DNA of 64,000 bases from a candidate division WOR-3 bacterium (GCA_965649295.1 CBFGKH010000001.1:192001-256000), one strand, 5' to 3'. Positions 9,215 to 19,269 are shown, counted from the first letter of the stretch. The notes: generated by a model from the sequence alone, not told the origin. Numbers and translations: made by a program.

Positions 9215-10456
9215 ATGATGCAGGCTTACTTCGACCACGCTGCTGCCTCGCCGCTGCTGCCCGAAGCCCGTGCTGCGATGTTACCTTTCCTCGAAACCGA
9301 TTTTGGCAACCCAGCTAGCCTGCATCGTTACGGTGAGAAACCCCGCCAGGCAATCGAAGCTGCCCGCCGTGAGGTTGCTGCGCTCATCAACAGTCAGCCT
9401 GAGGAGATTGTCTTCACCTCGTCTGGTTCTGAAGCAAACAATCACGCGGTGAAAGGCTTTGCCCTGGCCCGCCCGGATAAGGGCAAACACCTGATTGTGT
9501 CGGCAATCGAGCATGTGTCGGTGTTGGCCCCGGCCCGGTCATTGAAGAAGCTCGGCTTTGAGCTGACCGAACTCCCGGTTGACCGTAGCGGTGTCGTCCA
9601 TCCCGAAGAGCTCGCTGCCGCGATCCGGCCCGACACTGTCCTCGTTGCCGTGATGCACGCCAACTACGAGGTCGGCTCAATTCAGAATATCAAGGAGCTG
9701 GCCCGAATCGCGCATACCAAGGGCGTGCCCTTCTTCGCTGACGGCTGCGCTGCGGTCGGCCGCATCCCAGTTGATGTTGCCGAGCTTGGTGTTGACGCCT
9801 ACTCTTTCCCGGCCCAGTCAGTCTATGGGCCGAAAGGCGCGGCCGCGCTCTATCTCCGGCGGGGAACTCAGCTTCAGCCATTGATTGAAGGTGGTGTCCA
9901 GGAACGGAATCGGCGGGCCGGCACCGAGGATGTCGCCGCCATTGCTGGATTCGGCGCAGCCGCCGCCGTGGCCAGACAGCACCTTGCCGAATGGTCGCAG
10001 CACCTGAGCCGCCTGGCCAGCCGCATCATCACTGAGCTACCCGCGAAGCTCGAACGGGTCGTCTTGACCGGGCCGCAAGAGAACCGGCTTCCCGGTCACG
10101 TCTCGGTCTGTGTTGAGTTTGTCGAGGGCGAGGCGATGCTGCTTCTGCTCGACGACGAGGGCATCGCTGCTGCCTCTGGCTCGTCGTGCACTGCGAAGAC
10201 GCTCAAGGCATCACACGTCCTACTGGCAATGGGCCTGCCCCACGCGCTGGCCCAGACTTCACTGGTACTGACCTTGGGCAAGGATTCGACCGATGCCGAG
10301 GTAGCTTACCTCCTCGAAAAGCTGCCACCGATTGCCCAGCGACTGCGCCAGCTCTCTCCGCTCTATGCGAAGTTCAAGCGCGGCGAGGACCCGTATGCGA
10401 CCAAACCAAAAGCAGCCTGCGATGACCACGAACACCAAGTTGAAGCCGATGAATAG
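9215..10456 (+). CDS. iscS: IscS/NifS-family cysteine desulfurase homologue lacking the PLP lysine
   Basis: YFDHAAASP, FGNPASLH, FTSSGSEANN, SAIEH, GGVQE..RAGTE, SGSSCT; canonical HKxxGPKG reads QSVYGPKG. Confidence 0.88.
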   Translation: MMQAYFDHAAASPLLPEARAAMLPFLETDFGNPASLHRYGEKPRQAIEAARREVAALINSQPEEIVFTSSGSEANNHAVKGFALARPDKGKHLIVSAIEHVSVLAPARSLKKLGFELTELPVDRSGVVHPEELAAAIRPDTVLVAVMHANYEVGSIQNIKELARIAHTKGVPFFADGCAAVGRIPVDVAELGVDAYSFPAQSVYGPKGAAALYLRRGTQLQPLIEGGVQERNRRAGTEDVAAIAGFGAAAAVARQHLAEWSQHLSRLASRIITELPAKLERVVLTGPQENRLPGHVSVCVEFVEGEAMLLLLDDEGIAAASGSSCTAKTLKASHVLLAMGLPHALAQTSLVLTLGKDSTDAEVAYLLEKLPPIAQRLRQLSPLYAKFKRGEDPYATKPKAACDDHEHQVEADE

Positions 10457-10534
10457 GAGTGAATGCCCAGTGGCCAGCCCAAGACTGGCGGTCCGGCCCA
10501 AGCCACTGTCCACTGTGACTACTCAGGAGCGCTG

Positions 10535-10912
10535 ATGTACTCAGAGAAGGTAATGGATCATTTCCGCTCGCCCCGTAACGTTGGCGAGATTGAGAACCCG
10601 TCCGGTGTCGGCGAGGTTGGCAATCCGGTTTGTGGTGACATGATGACGTTCTACGTCAAGATTGAGAACGGCATCCTCACCGACGTCAAGTTCAAGACCT
10701 TCGGCTGCGGTGCGGCAATCGCGGTCTCCTCGATGGTCTCAGAAATGGCCATCGGCAAGACCGTTGAGGAAGCCCTGAAGATAACCAATGCCGATGTTGC
10801 CAAAGAACTCGGCGGCCTGCCGCCCAACAAGCTCCATTGCTCGAACCTTGGCGCCGACGCCTTGCACAAGGCGATCGAGGATTACCTTGCCAAGCAGCAG
10901 GAGAAGAAATGA
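10535..10912 (+). CDS. iscU: IscU/NifU-N Fe-S scaffold protein
   Basis: MYSEKVMDHFRSPRNVG, GNPVCGD, FKTFGCGAAIA, KLHCSNL; AGGAG SD before ATG 10535. Confidence 0.95.
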   Translation: MYSEKVMDHFRSPRNVGEIENPSGVGEVGNPVCGDMMTFYVKIENGILTDVKFKTFGCGAAIAVSSMVSEMAIGKTVEEALKITNADVAKELGGLPPNKLHCSNLGADALHKAIEDYLAKQQEKK

Positions 10913-11106
10913 AGTCGCCCAAAACGACCGCTTGCCGCTGTCCCTACTGCGCCGGGCCGACCGACAAGGAGGGGACAATCTGCACGCCCTGCAGCGTCAA
11001 GATTAGATTCTGTCCCACCTGCGGTAGTCCCCTGCCGCAGGGGTCTGACGATTGTCCCGAATGCGCCGGCAGCCACTCTGCCGGCAGAAAAAGGAAACAA
11101 CGATGA
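10909..11106 (+). CDS. Small double zinc-ribbon-like protein
   Basis: Four CxxC pairs (CPYC, CTPC, CPTC, CPEC); ATGA overlaps with both neighbours. Confidence 0.7.
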   Translation: MKSPKTTACRCPYCAGPTDKEGTICTPCSVKIRFCPTCGSPLPQGSDDCPECAGSHSAGRKRKQR

Positions 11107-11384
11107 CCCTCAATCATCAGTCCGGTACCAACAAGAATCACAAAGTCACCTTCTATGGTCTTTCCACCTGCGGCTGGTGCCGCAAGACCCGAGAATATCT
11201 TGACCAGCACAGCATCGACTACGACTGGATCTACGTTGACCAGACCACCGGCGACGAGCGCAACGAGGTAGTTGCCCGGGTCCGCGAGCTCAACCCGCGC
11301 GGCTCCTACCCAACCGTCGAGATTGATGGCCAGGTCGTGGTCGGCTATGACGAGGAAGAACTGGCCGACCTACTTGGACTATGA
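11103..11384 (+). CDS. Glutaredoxin/NrdH-like redoxin
   Basis: YGLSTCGWCRKT, NPRGSYPTVEID, VVGYDEE. Confidence 0.9.
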   Translation: MTLNHQSGTNKNHKVTFYGLSTCGWCRKTREYLDQHSIDYDWIYVDQTTGDERNEVVARVRELNPRGSYPTVEIDGQVVVGYDEEELADLLGL

Positions 11385-11902
11385 GCGGTGAAGAGTTTGC
11401 TCCCGAAGTAATCGCCGCCTATGAACGGTTGAAGAAAGAGGCCGAGGCGGGCGGCTACCGGCTCAACCCGGACCGAGAGTTCGTGCTCCGGCTGGTGCAG
11501 GGCCTACTCGAAAACGAACGCCGCTACGGCTACTGGCAATGTCCGTGTCGTCTCGCGTTCGGCGAACGGGCCAAGGACAAGGACGTCATCTGCCCCTGCG
11601 ACTATCGCGACGCCGACCTGGCCGAATACGGTGCCTGCTACTGTGCTCTCTACGTCACTGATGACTGGATTGCCGGCCGGAAACCGCACGGCTCAATCCC
11701 CGAACGCCGGCCGGAGAAGTTTATGAACGAAGGTTACCAGGAATCCACGCCGGTCAGCACCCCGCAGCCAGGACCAACTGCCGCGTTGGCCTATCCGGTC
11801 TGGCGCTGCCGCGTCTGCGGCTACCTCTGCGCCCGACCCGAGCCACCCGACAAGTGTCCTATCTGCAAGGTAACGAAGGACCGGTTTGAGAGGTTCATGT
11901 GA
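11381..11902 (+). CDS. Ferredoxin-thioredoxin reductase catalytic domain fused to rubredoxin (FDR-like)
   Basis: CPCR...CPCDY...CYCALY followed by WRCRVCGY...PDKCPIC. Confidence 0.9.
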   Translation: MSGEEFAPEVIAAYERLKKEAEAGGYRLNPDREFVLRLVQGLLENERRYGYWQCPCRLAFGERAKDKDVICPCDYRDADLAEYGACYCALYVTDDWIAGRKPHGSIPERRPEKFMNEGYQESTPVSTPQPGPTAALAYPVWRCRVCGYLCARPEPPDKCPICKVTKDRFERFM

Positions 11903-12219
11903 GTAATAAGGGAAATGTCATTGCTGAGCTGACCGTGGTCCCGCTCGGCACCGGTTCCACCAGCCTCAGTCAGTATGTCCGCATCGTCGAGCAGATGATT
12001 GCCGCCAGCGGCCTCGAACACACCCTGACACCGATGGGCACCTGCGTCCAAGGCGACCTCGATGCAATCTTTGCCGTCGTCAAGCAGGCCCACGCTGCGC
12101 TGGCTGCTGCCGGCTGTGCTCGCATCTCAACCCATATCAAGCTCGACGACCGCCGCGACAAAGAGCGGAAGATGCAGGACAAGATTGACGCTGTGCTGGG
12201 CAAGCCTGCCAGCCGCTAG
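11899..12219 (+). CDS. MTH1187/YqgV-family thiamine-binding protein
   Basis: IAELTVVPLGTGSTSLSQYV, LTPMGT, KLDDRRDK. Confidence 0.88.
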   Translation: MSNKGNVIAELTVVPLGTGSTSLSQYVRIVEQMIAASGLEHTLTPMGTCVQGDLDAIFAVVKQAHAALAAAGCARISTHIKLDDRRDKERKMQDKIDAVLGKPASR

Positions 12220-12228
12220 CTGCCAACG

Positions 12229-12912
12229 CTAGATCTGTTCTTCATCGAAGAACAGGTTGACGAACTGGATTCCCGGTGTCTTGTTCAGGTCCTCGATGAA
12301 ACGACTGCTGCCGGCCTTGTCGCGCAGCCGCACGTAGAACGAAGCCTCAACCAGCTCGGTGTCACCCAACGTTCGGACATTGATTGGCGTTACCTTCTGG
12401 CAGTGCCGGTCAAGCACCGCCTGATAGGTCGGCGTACTGCCGTCACCCGGTCGGTAGTTGAACTGAAGCAGGTAATCATCACGCCGGGGGGCGGCAAACT
12501 TCGCTTTGGCCAGCAGTAGCACGGTCAGACCGATAACAACCGTACCCACAACCGCAATGGTGTAGAAACCGACACCAGTCGCCATTCCGATTGCAAGGGC
12601 CAGGAACACGAAAACGATGTCCTGCGTGTTCTTCACCGCGTGCCGGAAGCGAACCACCGACAGGGCGCCGACCAGTCCGAATGCCCGGGCCAGGTTGTTG
12701 CCAATGACCATGATCATTATCGCCGTGGTCATGGCTAGAAGAATAAGCGTGTTGGTATAGGCAACAGAGTACCCTGGCCCGCGATAGGACTTGCGATAGA
12801 CCCAGGCAATGAACAAGCTACAGATAAAGGCTACTGCCAGCTTGAGCACAACGATTGGTGCTTCGAACGGCAGCAGGTTCAGCGAATGCACAAACTGCCT
12901 CAGAACCTCCAT
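12229..12912 (-). CDS. DUF4956 family membrane protein
   Basis: IMVIGNNLARAFGLVGALSVVRFR..VKNTQDIVFVF..LAIGMATG; several TM helices and a soluble C-terminal domain; ATG 12912 after GAGG. Confidence 0.88.
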   Translation of the reverse strand: MEVLRQFVHSLNLLPFEAPIVVLKLAVAFICSLFIAWVYRKSYRGPGYSVAYTNTLILLAMTTAIMIMVIGNNLARAFGLVGALSVVRFRHAVKNTQDIVFVFLALAIGMATGVGFYTIAVVGTVVIGLTVLLLAKAKFAAPRRDDYLLQFNYRPGDGSTPTYQAVLDRHCQKVTPINVRTLGDTELVEASFYVRLRDKAGSSRFIEDLNKTPGIQFVNLFFDEEQI

Positions 12913-12913
12913 A

Positions 12914-13768
12914 TTACCTCTCAGTTCCTGCCCTGGCACCAGCTACTGGGGCAAACTCGGTCCAATGCGCCACCCCGCCCAGAAATTTCTTCTCGCGCCG
13001 CTGCACTTCAATGCCGGTCGCATACTTTGAGAAAGCCTGCCGCTGGAGATTGAATCGGCTGAGCCAGTTCCGCAACCACGCTGGCAGCGTCAGATAGAAC
13101 TTCACCTCGAGGATGAAGTGACCGGGAATCAGGAATGTGGCGTCGCGATCCGAATATAGCGATTCGAGTGCCGGATAGAGCCGTGAACGAATGTTCTTGT
13201 CAAAGGTGATCCGTAACCGCGGATCGAAACGGCCGAAGAAGGCCTCCCGTTCGTAGGCGACCAGCACTACCGGCAGCAATCGGCGTCGGTAATAGTTGTA
13301 AAGGAACCGGCTGGCGGCTTCGGCCGCCGCCGATCCTGGCGCAAAGGGCAGTACCTCGTTCTTGGGCCCGTAGCCGGCAAAAACCGACGGCAACTGGTCC
13401 CAGCGCACCGGTGCGCGATGCTTACTGATGAAATCCTCGTACCGACGCTTGATTTCGAGAAAAACAACGCTGTCTGGCCCGAGCCGATCGTAGCCGCGAA
13501 TGCGAAACTTCTTCTTCAGCCGGAATCCGTCAAACTTCTCATAGTAGCAGCCGAACCGCCGATTGTCGTAATAAATGCTGCGCACGGTGTATTGCCGGTC
13601 CGGACGCTGGGCGGAGAACGGATCAAGCCGCACATACGGCATCATCGCTGCCCGCAACTCCCCCAGCAGCTCGTTCGCTACCATGAATTTGTACTCCAGC
13701 CGACCAACGGGTTCGGCCGGCTGACTGCCCCAAGCCGCCCGACCAGCCCGTACCCGCAACCAGCTCAC
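12914..13768 (-). CDS. VTC-domain (polyphosphate polymerase-like) protein
   Basis: RLEYKF, YTVRSIYYDN, KFRIRGY, FLEIKRR, YEREAF, RITFD, ILEVKF, FSKY. Confidence 0.9.
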   Translation of the reverse strand: MSWLRVRAGRAAWGSQPAEPVGRLEYKFMVANELLGELRAAMMPYVRLDPFSAQRPDRQYTVRSIYYDNRRFGCYYEKFDGFRLKKKFRIRGYDRLGPDSVVFLEIKRRYEDFISKHRAPVRWDQLPSVFAGYGPKNEVLPFAPGSAAAEAASRFLYNYYRRRLLPVVLVAYEREAFFGRFDPRLRITFDKNIRSRLYPALESLYSDRDATFLIPGHFILEVKFYLTLPAWLRNWLSRFNLQRQAFSKYATGIEVQRREKKFLGGVAHWTEFAPVAGARAGTER

Positions 13769-15396
13769 TCGCCAGCTCGCGCTACCACGAATCTGACACG
13801 CTGCTCGTCAGCACCCAACCTGGCGCCCGCGAAATAAACACCTGGCTCCAGCCCAAGTTGAGCCGGCCGCAGTTCAATGCGCTGACTACCAGCAGCAGCC
13901 GTAACCGGCTGCAATCGTGCTCGAACGCGTCCAAGGCCATCCCAGATAACTGGCTGTACCCACGTCGGCGTACTCAGTTCCAGCCGCAGTTCGGCTTGCT
14001 CGCGGCAGGGATTCGGTGTCACGATCAGCACTGCTGCCCTGGCCCGCCGACCGGTGTCGCGCTCGCTAATGCCCAGCACCGGATAGCGCGCTGTCGCGTA
14101 GTCGCTGCCCGTGCTGCCACCATCGCTAGTGCCAGTGACGCAGATACCGTGGTCAGCATCAGCGACCATTGCCACTGGTTCATCGAGCCTGCTCGCTGGC
14201 CCATCGTAGCGATAGACCCAGCACTGGTTACCGAACGAGTCATAGACAACCGTGGCGTAGTCGTTGCGCGTACCATCGCCAGTACTCGTTCCAGCCACCG
14301 CCACCCAGCTGCCGTAATCGTCCACCGTAATCGCTCGCGCCTCATCAAACCCATGGCCTGGTCCGTCATAGCGCGCGACCCATTCCTGTCCGCCGCCACT
14401 ATTGAACTTCAGCGTCACGAAGTCGAAGTCGTTCTGGGTATCTTGACTGTAGCCGGTAACATAGACATTGCCCCAGTAATCAACCTCGATGGCATTGGCC
14501 CAGTCCACGCCATTGGCCGGCCCATTGTAGGTGACTGCCCAGAGTGACTCGCCGGTTGAGCCGTACTTGACGACGGTCAGATCAACACTGCTGGTCAGCC
14601 CAGTTGTACCGCCGGCAACACAGACGTTGCCGAACCGGTCGAGCACCATCGCCTTGACTTCATCATCGTCGTCGGCCTGACCATTCAGTCGCCTGACCCA
14701 CAGGGTCTCACCAGTCCGACCATCGAACTTGGCAGTCACCATGTCCCAGCGCAAGGTGTAGGGACTACCACTGTTGCCAGCGGCATAAACGTCGCCATTG
14801 GCATCAACCGCCACTGCCACCGCGTAGTCAAATTCGGGAGTCACATAGCTGCTGACCCAGCGCCGAACTCCGTCGCTGCCGTATTTGAGCACACACCAGT
14901 CCCATTCGGTCCCGGCACCGCTCTGATAGCCGGCAGCAATAATAGCTCCCGAGCTGTCGAATGCGACTGCCAGCCCATCTTCATTGCCCGCTGCCGGCCC
15001 GTCGTAGCAGGCTGACCAGATTGGCGTGCCGTTTGTGGCGTCATGAACGAGCAGCAGCGCATCGGTCATGAAATTGCTGGCGGTTACGCTGCCCGCAACC
15101 GCTACCCGTCCTCGGGCAACAGCAATTGCCCGACCTTCATCTGCTCCCTGCTGCGTACCGTCATAACGCATCGCCCAGAGCGATTCGCCGGCAAGACTAT
15201 ACTTGATTGTCAGCACATCGAACGAACTGCCGCCCCAGCTCGTTCCGGTCACATAGACACCGCTGGCATCGTTGGCGGCAATCGCTGCCGCCCTGTCCTC
15301 ATCGTTTGCTGGCCCGTTATAGCGCATTACCCAGCTCGAACCAGTACATAGTCCGGCCAGCACAACCAGTAGTCCTATCAACTGTTTGCATCTCAT
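13765..15396 (-). CDS. Secreted beta-propeller (SBBP-like repeats) with T9SS-like C-terminal domain
   Basis: Signal peptide; about 7 repeats of W..RYDGP...D.A.AIAVD..GNVYVTG.S; C-terminal PNP...IWDGLGR...GVYF. Confidence 0.8.
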   Translation of the reverse strand: MRCKQLIGLLVVLAGLCTGSSWVMRYNGPANDEDRAAAIAANDASGVYVTGTSWGGSSFDVLTIKYSLAGESLWAMRYDGTQQGADEGRAIAVARGRVAVAGSVTASNFMTDALLLVHDATNGTPIWSACYDGPAAGNEDGLAVAFDSSGAIIAAGYQSGAGTEWDWCVLKYGSDGVRRWVSSYVTPEFDYAVAVAVDANGDVYAAGNSGSPYTLRWDMVTAKFDGRTGETLWVRRLNGQADDDDEVKAMVLDRFGNVCVAGGTTGLTSSVDLTVVKYGSTGESLWAVTYNGPANGVDWANAIEVDYWGNVYVTGYSQDTQNDFDFVTLKFNSGGGQEWVARYDGPGHGFDEARAITVDDYGSWVAVAGTSTGDGTRNDYATVVYDSFGNQCWVYRYDGPASRLDEPVAMVADADHGICVTGTSDGGSTGSDYATARYPVLGISERDTGRRARAAVLIVTPNPCREQAELRLELSTPTWVQPVIWDGLGRVRARLQPVTAAAGSQRIELRPAQLGLEPGVYFAGARLGADEQRVRFVVARAGE

Positions 15397-15397
15397 A

Positions 15398-16930
15398 CTA
15401 GCGCCCCTTCACAATCTGTCTTACCAGCCGTTCTGGAGCCGAACCGTCGGCCGGGACCAGCCTGAGCGCCACGAAATAGACCCCGCGCGTCAGACCTGAA
15501 CCCGGCCTAAACTCAACTGCGACGGTTCCGGTCGGCTGCTGCGCGTCAATCAATCGCGCCACAACCCGGCCAGTAGCGTCGTAAACCTCGAGCGTTACCC
15601 AGCCGGGCGACGGCAACTCACAACTGATGGTAGTGGATTGGTCGAAAGGTGAACCCACCGCGACTGCTAGTTGCCTGCTCGCTAATGGTGCCTTATCCTC
15701 CACACCAGTTGCGAAGTCACGCGGATACTTCAGACAGCGCCCAATCTGCCCGCCGAGACTCCGGGTCCAGACCACCGAACCAGAAGGTGTAATCTCCTGG
15801 ACAACACCGGTCGTACCAAGAATGGCGAACGTATTGCCGTTAGGCAGACGGTAGGCGCCGCCGAGATGCTGTGAATAGAAAGCGCTGCCGTTAGAGTAAG
15901 ACCAAGTTCGTGTTCTAGGCCCAAATGCCGAATCCGGAGCAATGTAGTAGTTGCCCTCTGAGTCGAGCGGCGGTGTTATCTGGATGACTTCTGAGTAGTC
16001 GTTGGCAGTGCCTGACCGATCACCGTTGTTGAGCACGATAATGTCACCCGCGCCCGGCAGGCCCGGCCGAATCCAGTTCGCGCCATGCACCACGTAGAAG
16101 ACTCGGTCGGCAGCTGTGCCGCGGTCATAGTTCTGAGGATTGCCCCAGCGATAGAGAAAATCACCGCCCCGCCCACGCCTGCCGCCAGTGTGGCCGGCTG
16201 CTTCAGCCGTGGTCGTACTGTGGTCAATCACAAAGATTTCGTGCAGATTGTGCGAGGTGAGAATTATCTCATCTCGCTCGGCATTGTAGTCAATGGTATT
16301 GCAGTGCATCCAGTCGCCGTTCTGAACTGTGCCGAGATTGATGTCAAGTAATTCCGGATGCTCGGCGACAACACCGTAGTTAGGCAACGCTGGGTTGACG
16401 TCCTGAATCAGGTGATCCCAGAAGTGCCACTCCCAGACGACCGCGTTGCTCACCGGGTCGTACTCAATTACCTCGTCTGGCCAGATTTCACCGGTGATAT
16501 TCTGTCGGCCGAGCGCCTGCGCCTGCGCCGCCGTCTTGCGCTCCCATGATATCAGCAGAACATGACCGTTCGGCATCACACAGAAATCATGGTGCTGTTG
16601 ATGGTTTGCATTCGACCAGATGAAGCTCTCGACGATGTTACCGTTCCAGTCATACTGCTGCATCAGCCCACCGTAGGCAGCGCCGCGCATCGTCGCCCCG
16701 GAATAGACATCACCACGCCAGATAGAACTGTCCGGCATCAGGTAAGCGACGTAAGCGCAGTTGACCGTGCCAGTCCAAGACCGCACTGTCTGGCCGTTGT
16801 TGTCAATCAACCGGGTCGTCCGGCTATTCATTAGGTTGTACAGCGTCAGACCATCAAATACCTGCGCTGAGACAACTCCCGCCAGACTGCATACAGCCAT
16901 AAACGCAGTCAGTGTTGTTCTCTTCAGCAT
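15398..16930 (-). CDS. Aryl-sulfate sulfotransferase (ASST)-family secreted protein with T9SS-like C-terminal domain
   Basis: QHHD..MPNGHVL, VWEWHFWDHLIQD, DWMHCNTIDY, LYRWGNPQNY, RLPNGNT; C-terminal VYDATGRVV...GVYF. Confidence 0.82.
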   Translation of the reverse strand: MLKRTTLTAFMAVCSLAGVVSAQVFDGLTLYNLMNSRTTRLIDNNGQTVRSWTGTVNCAYVAYLMPDSSIWRGDVYSGATMRGAAYGGLMQQYDWNGNIVESFIWSNANHQQHHDFCVMPNGHVLLISWERKTAAQAQALGRQNITGEIWPDEVIEYDPVSNAVVWEWHFWDHLIQDVNPALPNYGVVAEHPELLDINLGTVQNGDWMHCNTIDYNAERDEIILTSHNLHEIFVIDHSTTTAEAAGHTGGRRGRGGDFLYRWGNPQNYDRGTAADRVFYVVHGANWIRPGLPGAGDIIVLNNGDRSGTANDYSEVIQITPPLDSEGNYYIAPDSAFGPRTRTWSYSNGSAFYSQHLGGAYRLPNGNTFAILGTTGVVQEITPSGSVVWTRSLGGQIGRCLKYPRDFATGVEDKAPLASRQLAVAVGSPFDQSTTISCELPSPGWVTLEVYDATGRVVARLIDAQQPTGTVAVEFRPGSGLTRGVYFVALRLVPADGSAPERLVRQIVKGR

Positions 16931-16983
16931 TCAAGACCTCCTACTACGTTGGGACGAACGAATCGGCAGCGTCTTGCTGGCGC

Positions 16984-19254
16984 TCATCTTGTCATCACTA
17001 GCTTAGTACAGGTTGAACCGCCGCCGTTCACGGTAAGCTGGACAAAGTAAACTCCAACGCCCCACCCTGACTCGGGACGGAAGTCAAACGTGTGCCAACC
17101 CAGTGTCGGCTGATACTCATCCTGCCCAGCGGCCAGCCGACCGGCCGCATCATAGACTCGCAGCGAGACCCTGGCCGGGCAGGGCAGCAAGTAACTGATT
17201 CTCGTTGAGCTCCGGAATGGATTGGGCAGGGCGACCAGCTGATACCGGCCGTCGGTTACGGTCACCACTTCTTCACTCACACCAATGCCACTCTGGTTTG
17301 CTCTGTCCGGTGTCGGGCTCATCAGCCGGAACAAGCCAGCGCCGTCCGGAAAACGCCCGTAGCTGATGTCTGCTCTTTGTGGCCCGAACGTTACACGATC
17401 GAGTGGCCGACCGTCATCATCGGCAAACAGCACTGTCTCGCCTGAACTTGAGAGTTGGAAGTTGGCATGTAGCCCAGGTTGATTGGTATCGCCATCGGCC
17501 CAAACCAGAAGATACCCTCCAGCGGGAATCGTTACATCGGGAAACACCCACTTGGCGATGGTAGCCGAGTCATCAGTCAGCAGAAATCCATCTAGAGCAA
17601 CCGCACTGTTCGTCGGGTTATGCAACTCAATCCAGTCGTCATACTCCCCAGCCGGGTCACGGACTGTGCTAACATTGTCCGCCATTAGCTCATTGATGAC
17701 AACCCTACCCGTCACCGGTAATGATAGGTATTCCTGTTCAGCCCGTGCCGGCGCGAATGTGCCGGCACCTCTGTTCTCCGCATAGATGTAATAGTGGACA
17801 TCACCGGAGCCGATTCTCACCGCTGTTCCGTAGCGGCCGTCACCAGCAGCGCCGTCACCGTGCAGCCCGTCATCGTACAGCGGTGTTAACACAAATCTCA
17901 ACCCTGGACTCTGACCCCAGCCAACCCAGACTGAGTCAGCATTAGCGACATCAGCAGTGAACTGCAGTAGGCCGCCCGGCACCGCCGGGCAAGGATTGGC
18001 AGTCACGGCACCAATAGTCGGGGACGATGCGCGAAACTCGCTATCGTTCAAGATGAAGCTGACGCGAGGATTCATCAGCTCAGTCAGCCCGACGACCGCC
18101 AGCGGCCCAGTTCCAACCGACCGGGTAATGTTGTTCAGAAAGTCGTTGTAACTGTAGAACTTGTTCGGGTCAGCCTGAACGTAGGAATCAATGATATCCT
18201 GAATCTCTAGCGCCCGCTGTCGGTACCAGTTGTTCGAAAAGACCTCGGCGATCATCGTCTTCATGTGGGCGACGTACATCCGTCGCAGCCGCGGATTGGA
18301 CAGAATCTTGCTCGCAATCGGGTAGTTCGTGTCGTTCTGCCGCAGGAATGGGTCAAGCTGCTGCATCTGACCCAGCGTCAGGGTTCCGACGCCGATAAGA
18401 TTGCGAAACACACCGAAGCTCTCGTTTAGGTCCCAGACAATCGGATTGAACCGCCGAGCCGCATCTCGATACAGATAGAAGTTCTGCGGCATGTTGATTG
18501 GTGCATCAAGATTCACAAGCAGCGCATCGAACGCCAGCATCCAAAGGTGGCGATCAACGTTCAGCACTCGGTCAACCACCTCCGTGAAGTTGTTTAGAGT
18601 GTCGAGCAAACTAACAAGCTCGGTCCAGCCCGAGTCAGACTGCAGTTCGAAGTAGTCGCGGTACGGTGTCGGGTCCGGCCCCAGATACTTCCAACCAATC
18701 ATCTGGGAGTTGTTCGTCAGCCGGCCCTTGAATCGAGCGTTCTCGTCACAGTAGAAGTGGGTACGCATGAACATCCGGTCCGGGTCCTCATTGTTGCTGT
18801 ACAAACCCAGTAACGTGTCGTTGACGTAGATGTTAGCGTAGTTGGACCTGCCGGCTGGCATGTACAGCCTGGCAATCTCATAGCTCAGCGCCTCGCGTAC
18901 GAAACTTGGGTCATTGAAGACATTGGCCAGCCGTAGCGTACCGTGTCCCTCAATCGTCTGACCAGGACGAACATAGTCGAGCTTGATATTGAAGGGATTC
19001 TTGCGCCGACCCGGCGAATAGGAAGAACCGCCCTTGTAGCGCACACCCACGCTGTCGAATCGCTGACCATTGATTACCGCCGTACCAATCAGCCGACCCT
19101 CTTCGCCCGCCGCATACAGGCTGTCGAGAATCTCATCCCAGTTTGGCTCAGCGAAGCTCAGTCTGATTTCGTTCACCTGTTCGATGTCAAAGAAGCCGGC
19201 GCTTGCTATCGTGAGACCAAGAAGCAGAGTTCCCGCCAGCCGTTGCCTGCCCAT
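16984..19254 (-). CDS. CotH-family secreted kinase with lamin-tail domain and T9SS-like C-terminal domain
   Basis: VGVRYKGGSS, DPSFVRE.LSYE, NFYLY, IVWDLNESFG; LYDDGLHGDGAAGDG module; VINELMADN..DWIELHN (LTD); PNPF...VYDAAGR. Confidence 0.88.
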   Translation of the reverse strand: MGRQRLAGTLLLGLTIASAGFFDIEQVNEIRLSFAEPNWDEILDSLYAAGEEGRLIGTAVINGQRFDSVGVRYKGGSSYSPGRRKNPFNIKLDYVRPGQTIEGHGTLRLANVFNDPSFVREALSYEIARLYMPAGRSNYANIYVNDTLLGLYSNNEDPDRMFMRTHFYCDENARFKGRLTNNSQMIGWKYLGPDPTPYRDYFELQSDSGWTELVSLLDTLNNFTEVVDRVLNVDRHLWMLAFDALLVNLDAPINMPQNFYLYRDAARRFNPIVWDLNESFGVFRNLIGVGTLTLGQMQQLDPFLRQNDTNYPIASKILSNPRLRRMYVAHMKTMIAEVFSNNWYRQRALEIQDIIDSYVQADPNKFYSYNDFLNNITRSVGTGPLAVVGLTELMNPRVSFILNDSEFRASSPTIGAVTANPCPAVPGGLLQFTADVANADSVWVGWGQSPGLRFVLTPLYDDGLHGDGAAGDGRYGTAVRIGSGDVHYYIYAENRGAGTFAPARAEQEYLSLPVTGRVVINELMADNVSTVRDPAGEYDDWIELHNPTNSAVALDGFLLTDDSATIAKWVFPDVTIPAGGYLLVWADGDTNQPGLHANFQLSSSGETVLFADDDGRPLDRVTFGPQRADISYGRFPDGAGLFRLMSPTPDRANQSGIGVSEEVVTVTDGRYQLVALPNPFRSSTRISYLLPCPARVSLRVYDAAGRLAAGQDEYQPTLGWHTFDFRPESGWGVGVYFVQLTVNGGGSTCTKLVMTR

Positions 19255-19269
19255 CGCGTTAATCAGGAA

